Assembly (NCBI GenBank): GCA_965207885.1
Contig: OZ242311.1
Coordinates: 3,520,001 to 3,584,000 of the forward strand
DNA length: 64,000 nucleotides
Direction of reading: 5' to 3'
Origin: Candidatus Latescibacterota bacterium
Lineage (GTDB): Bacteria; Latescibacterota; UBA2968
In this document: one piece after another, positions 28,012 to 38,289 of the stretch
Layout: every line of letters starts with the position of its first letter
How positions within the stretch are numbered: the first letter of the stretch is position 1
Notes under the pieces: model-generated
Databases searched by the model: none
What the model was told of the DNA's origin: nothing
What the model saw: only the letters and a program-made list of their open reading frames with translations
Program-made: the position numbers and the translations under genes

Positions 28012-28988
28012 GCCGCCACCCCCGCTTTTATTTGTCCCAGCAAATCCATGAGATGATTTGGATCGTCTTCTGTCATCAACGTGCGACGATAAGGAGTAGC
28101 GCCGGACACCCCCTTGATATATGCCGCGAGATGCCGGCGCATTTCCAGGACGCCATAGCGCAGCCCCTTAAACGCGATAGACGCCTTAAGATGGTGAACA
28201 GCCATTTCCAGGCGGTCCCTATCCGTTGGCTCAGGCAATAATTCCCCCGTATTCAGAAAGACCTCCATGCGCTTAAAAAGCCAGGGATTGCCAATAGCCC
28301 ATCGCCCCACCATCACCAGATCGCAACCCGTTTTCTGCATCATCTCCTTTGCAGCCTCTGGCCCGCGCACATCGCCATTGCCTATTACGGGAATCGAAAC
28401 CGCGTTTTTGACTTCCGCGATAATATCCCAGTCTGCTCTGCCCGCAAATTTCGCCTCGCGCGTGCGTCCATGCACGGCAATTGCCGCTGCACCAGAATCT
28501 TCAGCAATCCGCGCAACTGCAACTGCCTGATCGGCTTGCGCCCATCCACTTCTAATTTTCAGCGTCACAGGAATATCCACAGCACGCACCATTGCCGCAA
28601 TGATCTGTCCCAATCTATCAGGTGTATTGAGCAGCGCCGCACCCGCATTTTTCGTCACGATTTTTTTTACCGGGCACCCGCAATTGATGTCGATAATATC
28701 CGGATTGCGCTCCGCCACAACCCGAGCACCTTCGGCCATGACCTCGGGTTCTGAGCCGAACAACTGCGCGGAAATCGGAAACTCATCGGCCTCAAAATCG
28801 AGATATTGATTCGACCTCTCACTACCCTCGGCCAATCCTTTGGCGCTGACCATCTCCGTGACCGCAAAACTCGCGCCCTGTTGCCGGCACAGCATGCGAA
28901 AAGACCGGTCTGTAATACCTGCCAATGGTGCCAGCGCCGTCCGCCCGGGGATATTTACCCCACCGATTTTTACGCTCATATCATTCAT
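28008..28988 (-). CDS. dusB: tRNA-dihydrouridine synthase
   Basis: APLAG, DINxGCP, KIRSGW, HGRT and NGDV motifs. Confidence 0.92.
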   Translation of the reverse strand: MNDMSVKIGGVNIPGRTALAPLAGITDRSFRMLCRQQGASFAVTEMVSAKGLAEGSERSNQYLDFEADEFPISAQLFGSEPEVMAEGARVVAERNPDIIDINCGCPVKKIVTKNAGAALLNTPDRLGQIIAAMVRAVDIPVTLKIRSGWAQADQAVAVARIAEDSGAAAIAVHGRTREAKFAGRADWDIIAEVKNAVSIPVIGNGDVRGPEAAKEMMQKTGCDLVMVGRWAIGNPWLFKRMEVFLNTGELLPEPTDRDRLEMAVHHLKASIAFKGLRYGVLEMRRHLAAYIKGVSGATPYRRTLMTEDDPNHLMDLLGQIKAGVAA

Positions 28989-29833
28989 ACTGATGTTTCT
29001 CGCGCTTCTAACAACACGTTTGACAATTGCTCGGCAAATTTCACCTGACTATTGTCCTCGGGTTCATAGCCGATTTTCTTGCGCGCATTGGAGATCGTCC
29101 AGAAATTGTGTGAATTGCCGCTAATGCCGTAAAAAATTTGAAATGGGATACCGTATTCATCTTCGATATTTTCAGCCTCAATACTCTTCACAATCAACTG
29201 CACCTGATCCCGAATGCTCAAATACGCGCCCAACCCCCGATGCATACTTTTCAAATTTGTGGATCTTGCGCGATCCATATCGGTCTCGCGCGGGCCACCA
29301 ATCCGAATCTGCACATTCTCCAGCTTCTTGCCGTCATTCATCAATCCCGTTGCAAAGGTAAAGCCCAACAACTCGTATTGCGCCTTTGCCCAGCCGTAAT
29401 AATTGTCGGAAAGCGGGTACATCTCTGGCGTCACAAATTCCTGCTTGCCCGCCCAAATCAGATTTTCGTAATAATCTGCCGCGTGATTTGAACTGATGAT
29501 CACAGCGCGTCGAACATTTTCCTCCACACACGTCTGATACACATTGTGCGCCATATCGATATTTGTCATCTCTGCCCAGAAGCGATCTGCATCATCTCTT
29601 GTCCGAACAAATCCGCAGTGGATAATCGCATCTTGCCCCCTGAAATACTCCCGATACGCATCCCGATCTCGATTCGTCAAATCCGCAATCACCACATCGC
29701 GTACTTCCTCGCCCTGGCGGTTGGTCGTCTTCACGTCTAAAACCGTCAGATCATATCGCTCGCGCAATGCGGGCAACATCCGCCCGGCCACATAACCCGT
29801 ACCCCCCGTAATAAGCACCTTTCTCTTCGCCAT
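28985..29833 (-). CDS. NAD-dependent epimerase/dehydrogenase (uronate dehydrogenase-like)
   Basis: TGGTGYVA, SSNHA and YGWAK motifs. Confidence 0.8.
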   Translation of the reverse strand: MAKRKVLITGGTGYVAGRMLPALRERYDLTVLDVKTTNRQGEEVRDVVIADLTNRDRDAYREYFRGQDAIIHCGFVRTRDDADRFWAEMTNIDMAHNVYQTCVEENVRRAVIISSNHAADYYENLIWAGKQEFVTPEMYPLSDNYYGWAKAQYELLGFTFATGLMNDGKKLENVQIRIGGPRETDMDRARSTNLKSMHRGLGAYLSIRDQVQLIVKSIEAENIEDEYGIPFQIFYGISGNSHNFWTISNARKKIGYEPEDNSQVKFAEQLSNVLLEARETSV

Positions 29834-29854
29834 ATCTGCTCCTCAGATCAATCA

Positions 29855-30613
29855 TCACGACAATGGAAATGGCATCCCAACCTTTGCGAAATGTCCAAAT
29901 TGATCTTCGCCGCGCAATACAATGGGCTGCCATGACTGTTTATGTGAATTGAGCGTGGTCTGTTTGACATGCGGGGGAATAAATCGCACGGTCAACCCGC
30001 ATCGCCGTCGGTTTGACCGATTGGGATTGCTCGCGTGAAATAATTGCCCATCGTGAACCGACATCTGCCCGGCTTTCAACACAATATCGACCGCCGCGCT
30101 ATCATCCACATAGTCATCTGGAATCTCCTGATTAATACTCAGCAAATTGCCTCCCCGTGCAGATTTGTCGTGTACAGCAATTCCATTTTTGTGCGATCCC
30201 GGAATAAAACGCATACACCCATTCTCCACATCCGCGTCGTCAATGGCGATCCATGCCGTATGTGCAATGGGCGGTTGCAGGCCCCAGTACGTAATATCCT
30301 GATGCCACGCCACAAATATCTTTGCCTCTGGATCGGGATATTTGCAAAAAAAGTGAGTGGATAACAGCATCACATTATCACCCATCACTGTCTGTATTAT
30401 GTCCAAGACCCGCTTATCCGTTGCCAATTGCCAGATAAATGTCTCGTCAAAATGCCGCCCCTGCAAACCGATCTGGCATTTCTCTTTGCCTTCTCGCGCT
30501 TCCAAATCGTCAAATAACGCGCGAAAATGCCCGATCTCGTTTTCTGAAAACACATCGACTTCTGTCAAAAATCCCTGCGTCTCATAAGTTTCGACCATAG
30601 AATCTACAGGCAT
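29855..30613 (-). CDS. PhyH family dioxygenase
   Basis: WHQD, NGCMRFIPGSH and HASxPNxSxxRR motifs. Confidence 0.88.
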   Translation of the reverse strand: MPVDSMVETYETQGFLTEVDVFSENEIGHFRALFDDLEAREGKEKCQIGLQGRHFDETFIWQLATDKRVLDIIQTVMGDNVMLLSTHFFCKYPDPEAKIFVAWHQDITYWGLQPPIAHTAWIAIDDADVENGCMRFIPGSHKNGIAVHDKSARGGNLLSINQEIPDDYVDDSAAVDIVLKAGQMSVHDGQLFHASNPNRSNRRRCGLTVRFIPPHVKQTTLNSHKQSWQPIVLRGEDQFGHFAKVGMPFPLS

Positions 30614-30778
30614 GGTGCATTCCTTTCGTGAGCAATGGTGAACTGTATATAAACTATATCGGCTGTCTTTTTTGCGCAACTCGTTTTCCAAATTGCTAAA
30701 AAAAGAACCGGTTCAAAAGCGATACCCCGCGCAGCGTTCGCATATCAAACCGGCTTTTAACCGTTTATATCACCTATA

Positions 30779-31651
30779 TCAGACGCCGATCCCGCGCAAA
30801 AAAGACGGACTCAGCGTACCGCGCGCCACCTCTGCCACAGGTCCCGCCATTGTCAGGTTAAACGCTTCATCCACATCGATCATCAACGTGCCTCCCGGCG
30901 CTTCTACCGTCACAGGTGATGCCACCAATCCCAAACGCACCGCAGCACTTGCCGCAGCACATGACGAAGACCCCGACGCCTGCGTTTCGCCTGCGCCGCG
31001 TTCCCAGATCAAAATGAAAATCTTTTGGTCACCCGTGGGCACGACCAACTGCACATTGGTTCGCCTTGGAAAAATCTCGTGGTTCTCCAACTCAGGTCCA
31101 AGGCGCAACAAATCGTCGCGCGTCCACGCCTCGCCCCTGGGCTTAAACACCACACAATGGGGATTGCCCACGCTCACACCCGTAAATACCATATCCTCGC
31201 CAGCAGCAGTAATCGGCTGTTCGATCAGTTCTTCCACCTCGAGCGAACAGGGCAATGCCTCTGGTCTAAACGTCGCCTCCCCCATCTCTACTGTCGCCGC
31301 ACTCGCATCGCCCCATTCGTCGATATGCAAATCAATATGAACCAGCCCCCCCGGCGTATCGACGGAGAATGAGGTTTTGTCTATCTGACCCGTAGCATGC
31401 AAATACCGCGCAAAAATCCTCAGCCCATTACCCGATTTCTCCGCCTCGCTCCCATCTGGATTCCATATCCGCAACCCAAAATCCGCGCGGTCAGATGCTT
31501 CCAAAGTCAAAATGCCATCACTCCCTACTCCCCAATTGCGATCACAGATTTTCTCAATGCGCTCTGGCGTCAATTCAAACGTCAACTCCTTTGGATCCAT
31601 CACCAGATAATCATTGCCCAATCCATGACCCTTAAAAAATCCATTCTCCAT
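30779..31651 (-). CDS. dapF: Diaminopimelate epimerase-like protein with a Ser/Ser active site
   Basis: KGHGLGND, NPDGSEAEKSGNG, GNPH, WERGAGETQASGSS. Confidence 0.8.
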   Translation of the reverse strand: MENGFFKGHGLGNDYLVMDPKELTFELTPERIEKICDRNWGVGSDGILTLEASDRADFGLRIWNPDGSEAEKSGNGLRIFARYLHATGQIDKTSFSVDTPGGLVHIDLHIDEWGDASAATVEMGEATFRPEALPCSLEVEELIEQPITAAGEDMVFTGVSVGNPHCVVFKPRGEAWTRDDLLRLGPELENHEIFPRRTNVQLVVPTGDQKIFILIWERGAGETQASGSSSCAAASAAVRLGLVASPVTVEAPGGTLMIDVDEAFNLTMAGPVAEVARGTLSPSFLRGIGV

Positions 31652-31685
31652 AATTGCTCCTGTTTTTTCGTAATAATCTAAAGCC

Positions 31686-32987
31686 CTAACTAACGACCAC
31701 CGCGACCCGATGCATCGAATTATTGAGATACCCCTTCGGATTCCAGGCAATGGCGTGCGGTTGACTTATCCCTTGCGAATCGGTCGCCCTTGCCCAGATC
31801 TCGTAATATCCCGCTTTGGGAAATGCGATATTCGCCCGCCAGTTCTGCCAAGCATACGCATTCACTGGTTCGTAGAGCTTCGCATCAATCCATGTTGCGC
31901 CAAAATCGATAGACAGACGGACAGCGTCAACCTTCCGGTCTCCTGCCCAGGCGTGTCCGCGCACTTCCAGAGTTTGCTCGCTCATCTTGTGACCGGTACC
32001 TGGATTTGTAATCAGCGCCTTAACCCGCATGGCGTGGATGATATCAAAGTCCTTCTCATCTACCTTTTCCCCAGGCGCTATCATCCGATTGGGTATCCGA
32101 TAATCGATTCCCGTCATCTTCGGTCCATCGTGAACCCGATCTCGCAACCAGATGCGGGTCAACCATTTCTGCGAGCATGACCCCGACCAACCGGGAATGA
32201 TCAGGCGCAATGGCGCACCGTTCATGGGATGGATCGGTTTGCCATTCTGGGCGAAAGCGATGAGATTGTGCTCATCCATCGCCTTCTCAATCGGCACCCC
32301 GCGCGAGAGGGAAAGCTGGCCTTCCTCACCAGAAACGTGGGTATCGGCACCCACATGCGCGGTATAAACCACATTGTCTTTCACCCCAGCCGCCTTGAGA
32401 ACATCGGATAGGCGAACACCGGTCCACTCGGAGCAGGCCACAGCACCATAGGTCCACTGACTACCGTCCGCAGAAGGCTCAAAAAAGGCGCGTCCATTGC
32501 CACCACACTCCAGTGTCAGTGCCCTGGTCACGACTTCAAATCGCTGTTTGAGATCATCAATGCTGAGTGTCAGGGGATTATCTACCAGACCATCAATCGT
32601 CAGTTCCCAGCCCACTGCATCCGTATTCTCTGGCGGAATGCCATTGTTGCGAATAAAATGCCTCTCGGTCGGAGTAATAGGGTCATCGAGCAAGTGCGGA
32701 GGCGTCTCGGCATTCAATGGATGGTCATTGAGCACGGTCAAGCCATCTTTGCCCTGAATCATATCCTCCGCAGCGAGCGCGACAGGGATAAAATGAGCCG
32801 GAATATTGCGATGAAACGGAATCGCCGCCCCGACCATTGCCCCCATCATCGCCAGCCCGGCCTTCTTCAAGAATCCCCGCCTGTCGGGATGCGTCTCTCG
32901 ACCAAACAATAAGTAGTCAGCCTCATCGGGATTGTTCTGATAGAGTTCGAATAATCCTTGTTCTTTAGTGTTTTTGTGCATTGTCAC
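31686..32987 (-). CDS. Tat-exported sulfite oxidase-family molybdoenzyme (SorA/SoxC-like)
   Basis: DRRGFLK Tat motif, FIRNNG, LECGGNGR, GAPLRL and WNPKGY motifs. Confidence 0.9.
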   Translation of the reverse strand: MTMHKNTKEQGLFELYQNNPDEADYLLFGRETHPDRRGFLKKAGLAMMGAMVGAAIPFHRNIPAHFIPVALAAEDMIQGKDGLTVLNDHPLNAETPPHLLDDPITPTERHFIRNNGIPPENTDAVGWELTIDGLVDNPLTLSIDDLKQRFEVVTRALTLECGGNGRAFFEPSADGSQWTYGAVACSEWTGVRLSDVLKAAGVKDNVVYTAHVGADTHVSGEEGQLSLSRGVPIEKAMDEHNLIAFAQNGKPIHPMNGAPLRLIIPGWSGSCSQKWLTRIWLRDRVHDGPKMTGIDYRIPNRMIAPGEKVDEKDFDIIHAMRVKALITNPGTGHKMSEQTLEVRGHAWAGDRKVDAVRLSIDFGATWIDAKLYEPVNAYAWQNWRANIAFPKAGYYEIWARATDSQGISQPHAIAWNPKGYLNNSMHRVAVVVS

Positions 32988-33083
32988 TACCTCTTCATCT
33001 ATTCACAGAGTGCCCTCTAATTCTTCAAAGCCTTCGCTCAGAAATTTTTCCAAATAAGCCGTACTGTCGCAGAGATAGGCACA

Positions 33084-33917
33084 TTAAATGGTTTGAAACC
33101 ACTGCTTATTGACAGTAACTTTTTCAACCAACTCAGTGTTCACACCAAGCTGTAAGTCCTTCAACATCCCAGCAAGTGCATTGCCGTCAATGAGATCCAG
33201 CGGCGGCGCGCCATCGCGCTGTGCTTCAGTCCAAGCATCTCGAGTGAACCTTCCCGTGGTTATCAATAAGCCCTTGTCGGCTCGGCCCACCATAGCCCCT
33301 CTAAAATCTCTAACTGTAGATGCCGTCACCGATCCAACATAGCGTTTACATTGAAATATCACATGAAATGAAAGGAGGTTACCAAGTTTGACCACACCAC
33401 GTCCATCAATACCACCGTCGCCAGCTTTCCCCGTGACCTCAACCTGAATAAAACCAGACTCCCGAAGGATGCGTTGACACAGTCTCTCAAAAGCATCTGG
33501 CGAAATGCTCTGAACAACCTGGATAAGCTCATCCTCCCAACTCAAACTATCCTTATCTTCCTCTTCAAGTTTTGCTTCGTCGCGTTCAGCTCTGGCTTGC
33601 TGGAAAAGTTTCTGCACGAATTGCCTGACTTCTGTAGAGTCAACCGTCTCTGTTTGGTGCCCCTGTGGCGTTAGTGCCCAGACACCACGTGCTGAGTTCT
33701 CGAGTAGACCGTAGTTTTTCAGGTAGTTTCTTGCCCATCCAAGACGGTAATTAAGCGTAGTCAGGTTGCCCTTATGTATGGTGTTTATATCTTCTTCCGA
33801 CAACATGAGAATCTGAGCGACACGATTCGACATCTCTGAGATAGAGCAGGAACCGCCAAGTTCGTGTAGAGCCTGCAATACTGGGTTGAACATCTCGTGG
33901 TAAGGTGGTACTGCCAT
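33084..33917 (-). CDS. mrr: Mrr family (type IV) restriction endonuclease
   Basis: N-terminal winged HTH (WARxYL...RGVW) and DGGIDG...QCKRY catalytic motif. Confidence 0.92.
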   Translation of the reverse strand: MAVPPYHEMFNPVLQALHELGGSCSISEMSNRVAQILMLSEEDINTIHKGNLTTLNYRLGWARNYLKNYGLLENSARGVWALTPQGHQTETVDSTEVRQFVQKLFQQARAERDEAKLEEEDKDSLSWEDELIQVVQSISPDAFERLCQRILRESGFIQVEVTGKAGDGGIDGRGVVKLGNLLSFHVIFQCKRYVGSVTASTVRDFRGAMVGRADKGLLITTGRFTRDAWTEAQRDGAPPLDLIDGNALAGMLKDLQLGVNTELVEKVTVNKQWFQTI

Positions 33918-35153
33918 GGATTCTCCTCTAACTTTCTAGTTTACCTTGCTCTCATGAATACGCTTACCGACCATCGCATAGTTGTCGGCGTAGATCAGAG
34001 ATTTGTTCTAACGTCGATACGATATCGCTGTCTTGCTAGTCCTGTATTTGTGTGAAAATAATCCAGTTTGATATGATGACTTCCCCTCATTTATAACCCT
34101 ATCTATATTACATGAAAAAACGAAATTGGTAGGGTGTCCGCCTCAGGCTTGGCATACGCTTGACTACCCGCGCGAGTACCTTCGCATAACCCAGAGTAAC
34201 TGGCAGCGGATCATACAGTGAATCATTGTTCCAGTTCATCTTTGAAAGCCCTAACACGGCACGTGCCGTGTCATCCCACACCCCATGGCCAGCATGACGC
34301 ACCAACCTCAAGGGACGAGGAGTACTCCTAGAACCTTTAAAATAGGATCTTCTTTCACTGATGTTTATCACGTCACCATGTGTCCACAGAAGAGCATCTC
34401 GGGACCCAAGGTCAACTAGGGTTCCACGCAAAACTGGGTAAGCAGCAGGATCCCCTTTAACACCACCTGTGGACTCATCAATGCGCACACCGCGCCAACC
34501 CACATCTTCAACTACCTGCACGAGATCAATTGCCTCGCATAGGTGAAATGCCTCCATGCAGCCTTTGACTTCATCCGCCTTGAACTCAGTGGTCTTATGC
34601 ACCATAATCCGTCGAGGTGATCGCCCTGCGTGGTGTCGCCGATAGAGGTCGAGAGACCGGGACATTACCCGAAACATCTCAGTGCGTGATAGAAAGGGGT
34701 TGTCACGTTGCACTTCAACTTCATGGGTATTGTAGGCAATAAACTCCAAACCGGAACCCTCGGCATCGAACACCTGACTGCAGCATGTAACAAAGCGTGG
34801 ATTGTCAGATTCCGTTGGACGAACGGCGTATGAAATACCGATATATGCCGTTTCCGAATCCGACTCTGCCAGCTTCCAAGGGACTCCGCCAGCCTTGACA
34901 TAGAGCGCCAAACCAATACGCCACATGACACTGGCTTGGCACGAGTATGTGAGAGCGCTGTCTTCTCTCACCAGCTGAATGGGTAATCCAAGAGCTGCCG
35001 TTGTTGCCTTCAGGTGATCGTGAAGGTCGAAGTCTTCATCGGATGCTCCGGTATAGCCAGGATTCCATCGCTGAGGGATGTAGACGAACAGGACATCGAA
35101 CTTACTTCTGTACGTCTGCAAACGTTGAATAGCTCGGACCAACCGCTCAGCTA

Positions 35154-36090
35154 GGTAGTGTCTGAAAAGTCGTAAAGTATGTATTTTAGTTGCAGCATAC
35201 GCCCTAAACCAAGGAGTATGATATGCAACGGAGATATGAACTGCGCGACGAGGCTTGGCATCTGATCCAAGACCTGTTCCCACCGCCGAAGAAGATGGGT
35301 CGTCCCCGTCGGGATGATCGTACATTATTCAACGGGATCTTCTGGATATTGTGTTCAGGTGCAGCTTGGCGCGACCTGCCAGAACGATATGGTCCTTGGC
35401 AGACAGCCTTTGACCGATTCTGCAAATGGAAACAGGATGGCACCTTTGATCGCATTGTAGAAAAGCTACATCTCAAATTGGGTGAAGATGGTCTTTTAGA
35501 TTATGCGACCTGGATGATGGATGCAACCCATATTCGAGCCACACAAGCCGCGGCAGGAGCGAAAAAAAAAGGGCAAAAAGGGTGAAGAAGAGCCCCCAGA
35601 TCACGCTTTAGGACGCTCTCGTGGCGGTTTGACCACGAAAATCCATCTTCTTTGCGATGCAGTCGGGCATCCTTTAGCAGTGGATCTTCTCCCTGGTAAC
35701 CAGTCAGAATCCACACAGGCTGAAAGGCTACTGTCAAAGGTATGCATACCCACCAAACGAGGGCGTCCAAGAAACCGACCCAAGTATCTGGTAGCTGATA
35801 AATCTTATGATGTCTCACGCATCAGAGTCTATCTACGCAAACGGGGTATCAAGGCTGCTATCCCAAACAAGGCGATTCCCAAAGGCAGAAAACGGCGTAA
35901 GAGAGGACCACGGCCTAAGTGTGATAAAAGATTATATGCCAAACGCAATATCGTGGAGCGTCTCTTTGGTTGGCTTAAACACTGCCGACGGATTGTGACC
36001 CGATTTGAAAAAAAGGCGACTCATTTTCTCACTATGGTCAAGCTGGCCTGTATCAGACAACTCTTCAAAGCTTACTTTTCAGACACTACC
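35154..36090 (+). mobile_element. IS5 family insertion sequence, 937 bp
   Basis: Perfect 17-bp terminal inverted repeats GGTAGTGTCTGAAAAGT, flanked by a TA duplication (35152-53 and 36091-92). Confidence 0.95.
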
Positions 36091-36093
36091 TAA
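35223..36093 (+). CDS. IS5 transposase in two frames joined at an A9 run
   Basis: ORF-A has WRDLPERYGPWQT and MDAT; ORF-B has GRSRGGLTTKIH, ADKSYD and RNIVERLF. A9 run at 35562-35570. Confidence 0.88.
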
Positions 36094-36464
36094 TACAATA
36101 TGAGGACTCGGAGAATTATTAAATTCGGTCTCAAGTTCCTGGTCAAGCTCAACGTGGCAATCACCACCTGCCGCTCTCATATGCACACCAAAGACACGTT
36201 GAAAACCCGGCCATTCAGGGAGATAATCCTTGCGTTCCTTCGGTATGTGCGTCGAATTAAGGCGCGTCATGAAGCTATATAGATGGTTACTTTCCCCGGC
36301 GGGAGCCAAGGTAGCCACTCGAATTGGATCCGGTAATATCCCCGCGGAGTATGGGCCAAACCGCAACAGCCCACGCAATGGATGAATCTCACTATCTGAA
36401 GTACGATCTGGATGGAAGATTAGGCTTGGCTCCGGTAGCCAGATGTGCGGGGCGATCTCGCTGT

Positions 36465-38207
36465 TCATGATCCTATTCTTCTTGAAAATCCTGTAATGGG
36501 AGAAAGGCGATAGACCGCGTCTATACCACCACTAATATCCAGGGCCCGTAGATCGTCTTGAGGTTGGCCCAAGTGACGACTCCAGAACTCAATCAGATCG
36601 TTGAGTTGTCTGTTATAGCGTTTGACACTGCGTTCTCTACCGAAATCCGCTGAAATCATCTTGTTTTCTTGAGTGATACCATCGAACACGGTTCGTGGTT
36701 CTATCAGCAACCACAAGCGATCATTTGCCCAGTCTAGGCGTATACCGATACCCTCGCGCCAGTGGACCTCGGGGCTACCAGCAACTGTTCCAGTAAGCGT
36801 ACCCACTAGTTTCCTCAACTGTGTCCAGGTACTTGACTCTGGGTCGGTGGGTGCCAATAAGTCCACTCTTCCGCGCCGGACAACCTCCAGACCGCGCTGA
36901 CGTGCGATTGCACGGGTTAGTGCATCTCGAAGGATACCTCGCTCGCTTGATTCATACCTTTGGCGTCTTGTGTCGAATGTATGAAGATCGAAGTCTGTAA
37001 TGTCGTAGAGTTCAAAAGCTGTACGTACATCAGCATTGGTACCAAATGCCAATACGCCGACTTGGGAGCGCGCAGCGATCACGTCGACGCCAGCATGCTC
37101 TATCGCCTTGCGCACTTCAGCGGTACCACCAATGTCACAAACGACGCGTCTGCACACGCTCGGCACATCAGTCACTGGCAAAGCGTTGAAACGCACCACT
37201 GGCCAACCACGCTTACCTGTTGGGCGCGGCGCTGCACTCCAGTGTCGGCGTTCCGAAGCAAAAGCGTCGAGCGTTGTAGTGTCGATGTCATCTATTTGGC
37301 GAATCAGATCCCGCAATGCTTCGTCAAAGTTATCAATTGACACTACGCCCACTTCTATCCCCTTCTCATCTGCTTTGGACAACAATTCACAAACGCGCGG
37401 CAACGGCTGACCTTCCCCGTGATGCAACCAAAATAGTCCCGACGGAAAGGATCCTCGGCGTTGAGTTGCTTCATCAAGAGCATCCATAACAGAATCGTCA
37501 CGACCACTATAGCCAACTACTACAAGTCCAAATCTACTACAGGAATCGATGAAAATATTTCTTAGATGTGTATCCTGATGTCGTAGTTCTTCAGTGGTAT
37601 TCTTGAGTCTCCGTGACTGAAAATCACCATGCAGCTTCACTTCCACCGGCCATCGCTCCTCATGAATTGCCTGCTCCCCTAATTCAGGCGCATCGAGGGC
37701 TACACTCGTCAATGAACCAGTTGTGTCATAAATCTTGGCGCAAGCGTCTGCCACCATGGCATCAAAATTCGTTGTCCATACCAGACGTGTACGATTGGCG
37801 CGCATCAGAGTTGCGAGAGCCAAGTGACCGTACGATGGTTTTGCACCTGCTAGCTTTGCATTAATATAGGCACGCCGATCTCCTTCGGATGGATACACCT
37901 CTTCAAATAGTGCGGCATATTCGCCGGGATCCCCAGCACAAGGCAACCGCTTAAAAGAGTCAATGTAGGTCTGTAATTGCACCTGGATAGCCGGATTTGA
38001 GAGATCTGCCACAGATTGGCGCGATACCTTGCGCTGACTGACAAACAATTCCTGTTTGAATTGCCAGATCATGTCCGTCGCGGTAGGAAGACCAGCGGAG
38101 GCCGAGGCACCAGCACCAAGCAACCACATCAGACTGGACGAACGTATAGAGAAGCGTCTTACGAAGTCGTCCGAGTTGATTTGAGGTAGTAATGACTTAG
38201 TATTCAT
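36465..38207 (-). CDS. SIR2-APAZ NADase effector of a short-Argonaute system
   Basis: LLGAGAS, TTNFD, KLHGD and GYSGRD motifs, C-terminal APAZ-like region (RYNRQLN), ATGA overlap with ago. Confidence 0.9.
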   Translation of the reverse strand: MNTKSLLPQINSDDFVRRFSIRSSSLMWLLGAGASASAGLPTATDMIWQFKQELFVSQRKVSRQSVADLSNPAIQVQLQTYIDSFKRLPCAGDPGEYAALFEEVYPSEGDRRAYINAKLAGAKPSYGHLALATLMRANRTRLVWTTNFDAMVADACAKIYDTTGSLTSVALDAPELGEQAIHEERWPVEVKLHGDFQSRRLKNTTEELRHQDTHLRNIFIDSCSRFGLVVVGYSGRDDSVMDALDEATQRRGSFPSGLFWLHHGEGQPLPRVCELLSKADEKGIEVGVVSIDNFDEALRDLIRQIDDIDTTTLDAFASERRHWSAAPRPTGKRGWPVVRFNALPVTDVPSVCRRVVCDIGGTAEVRKAIEHAGVDVIAARSQVGVLAFGTNADVRTAFELYDITDFDLHTFDTRRQRYESSERGILRDALTRAIARQRGLEVVRRGRVDLLAPTDPESSTWTQLRKLVGTLTGTVAGSPEVHWREGIGIRLDWANDRLWLLIEPRTVFDGITQENKMISADFGRERSVKRYNRQLNDLIEFWSRHLGQPQDDLRALDISGGIDAVYRLSPITGFSRRIGS

Positions 38208-38289
38208 TGATTTGTCAAGGCCCTTTTCCCGATGACGTAAAGCGTATATCCCACTCCGTTAATGAGAAATCTCATTGCTCATCACTCCA

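Larger units (their letters stand above)
34108..36468 (-). pseudogene. ago: Short prokaryotic Argonaute (MID-PIWI), 473 aa when rejoined, interrupted by IS5
   Basis: N-part 36468-36091 (EPxLxF...HPLRGLxxFGPYS) and C-part 35151-34108 (LHDHLK, PIQLV, LYVKAGGVPW, HKTT, LSKMNWN, LPVTL, YQFRFFM) rejoin in frame. Confidence 0.92.

Noticed and set aside
33918-34107. Small ORF fragments between ago and mrr
   Set aside because: They are about 30 codons or shorter with no recognisable motif.
35152-35325. N-terminus of the 405-aa PIWI ORF
   Set aside because: It is antisense IS5 sequence; the real N-terminus is at 36468-36091.
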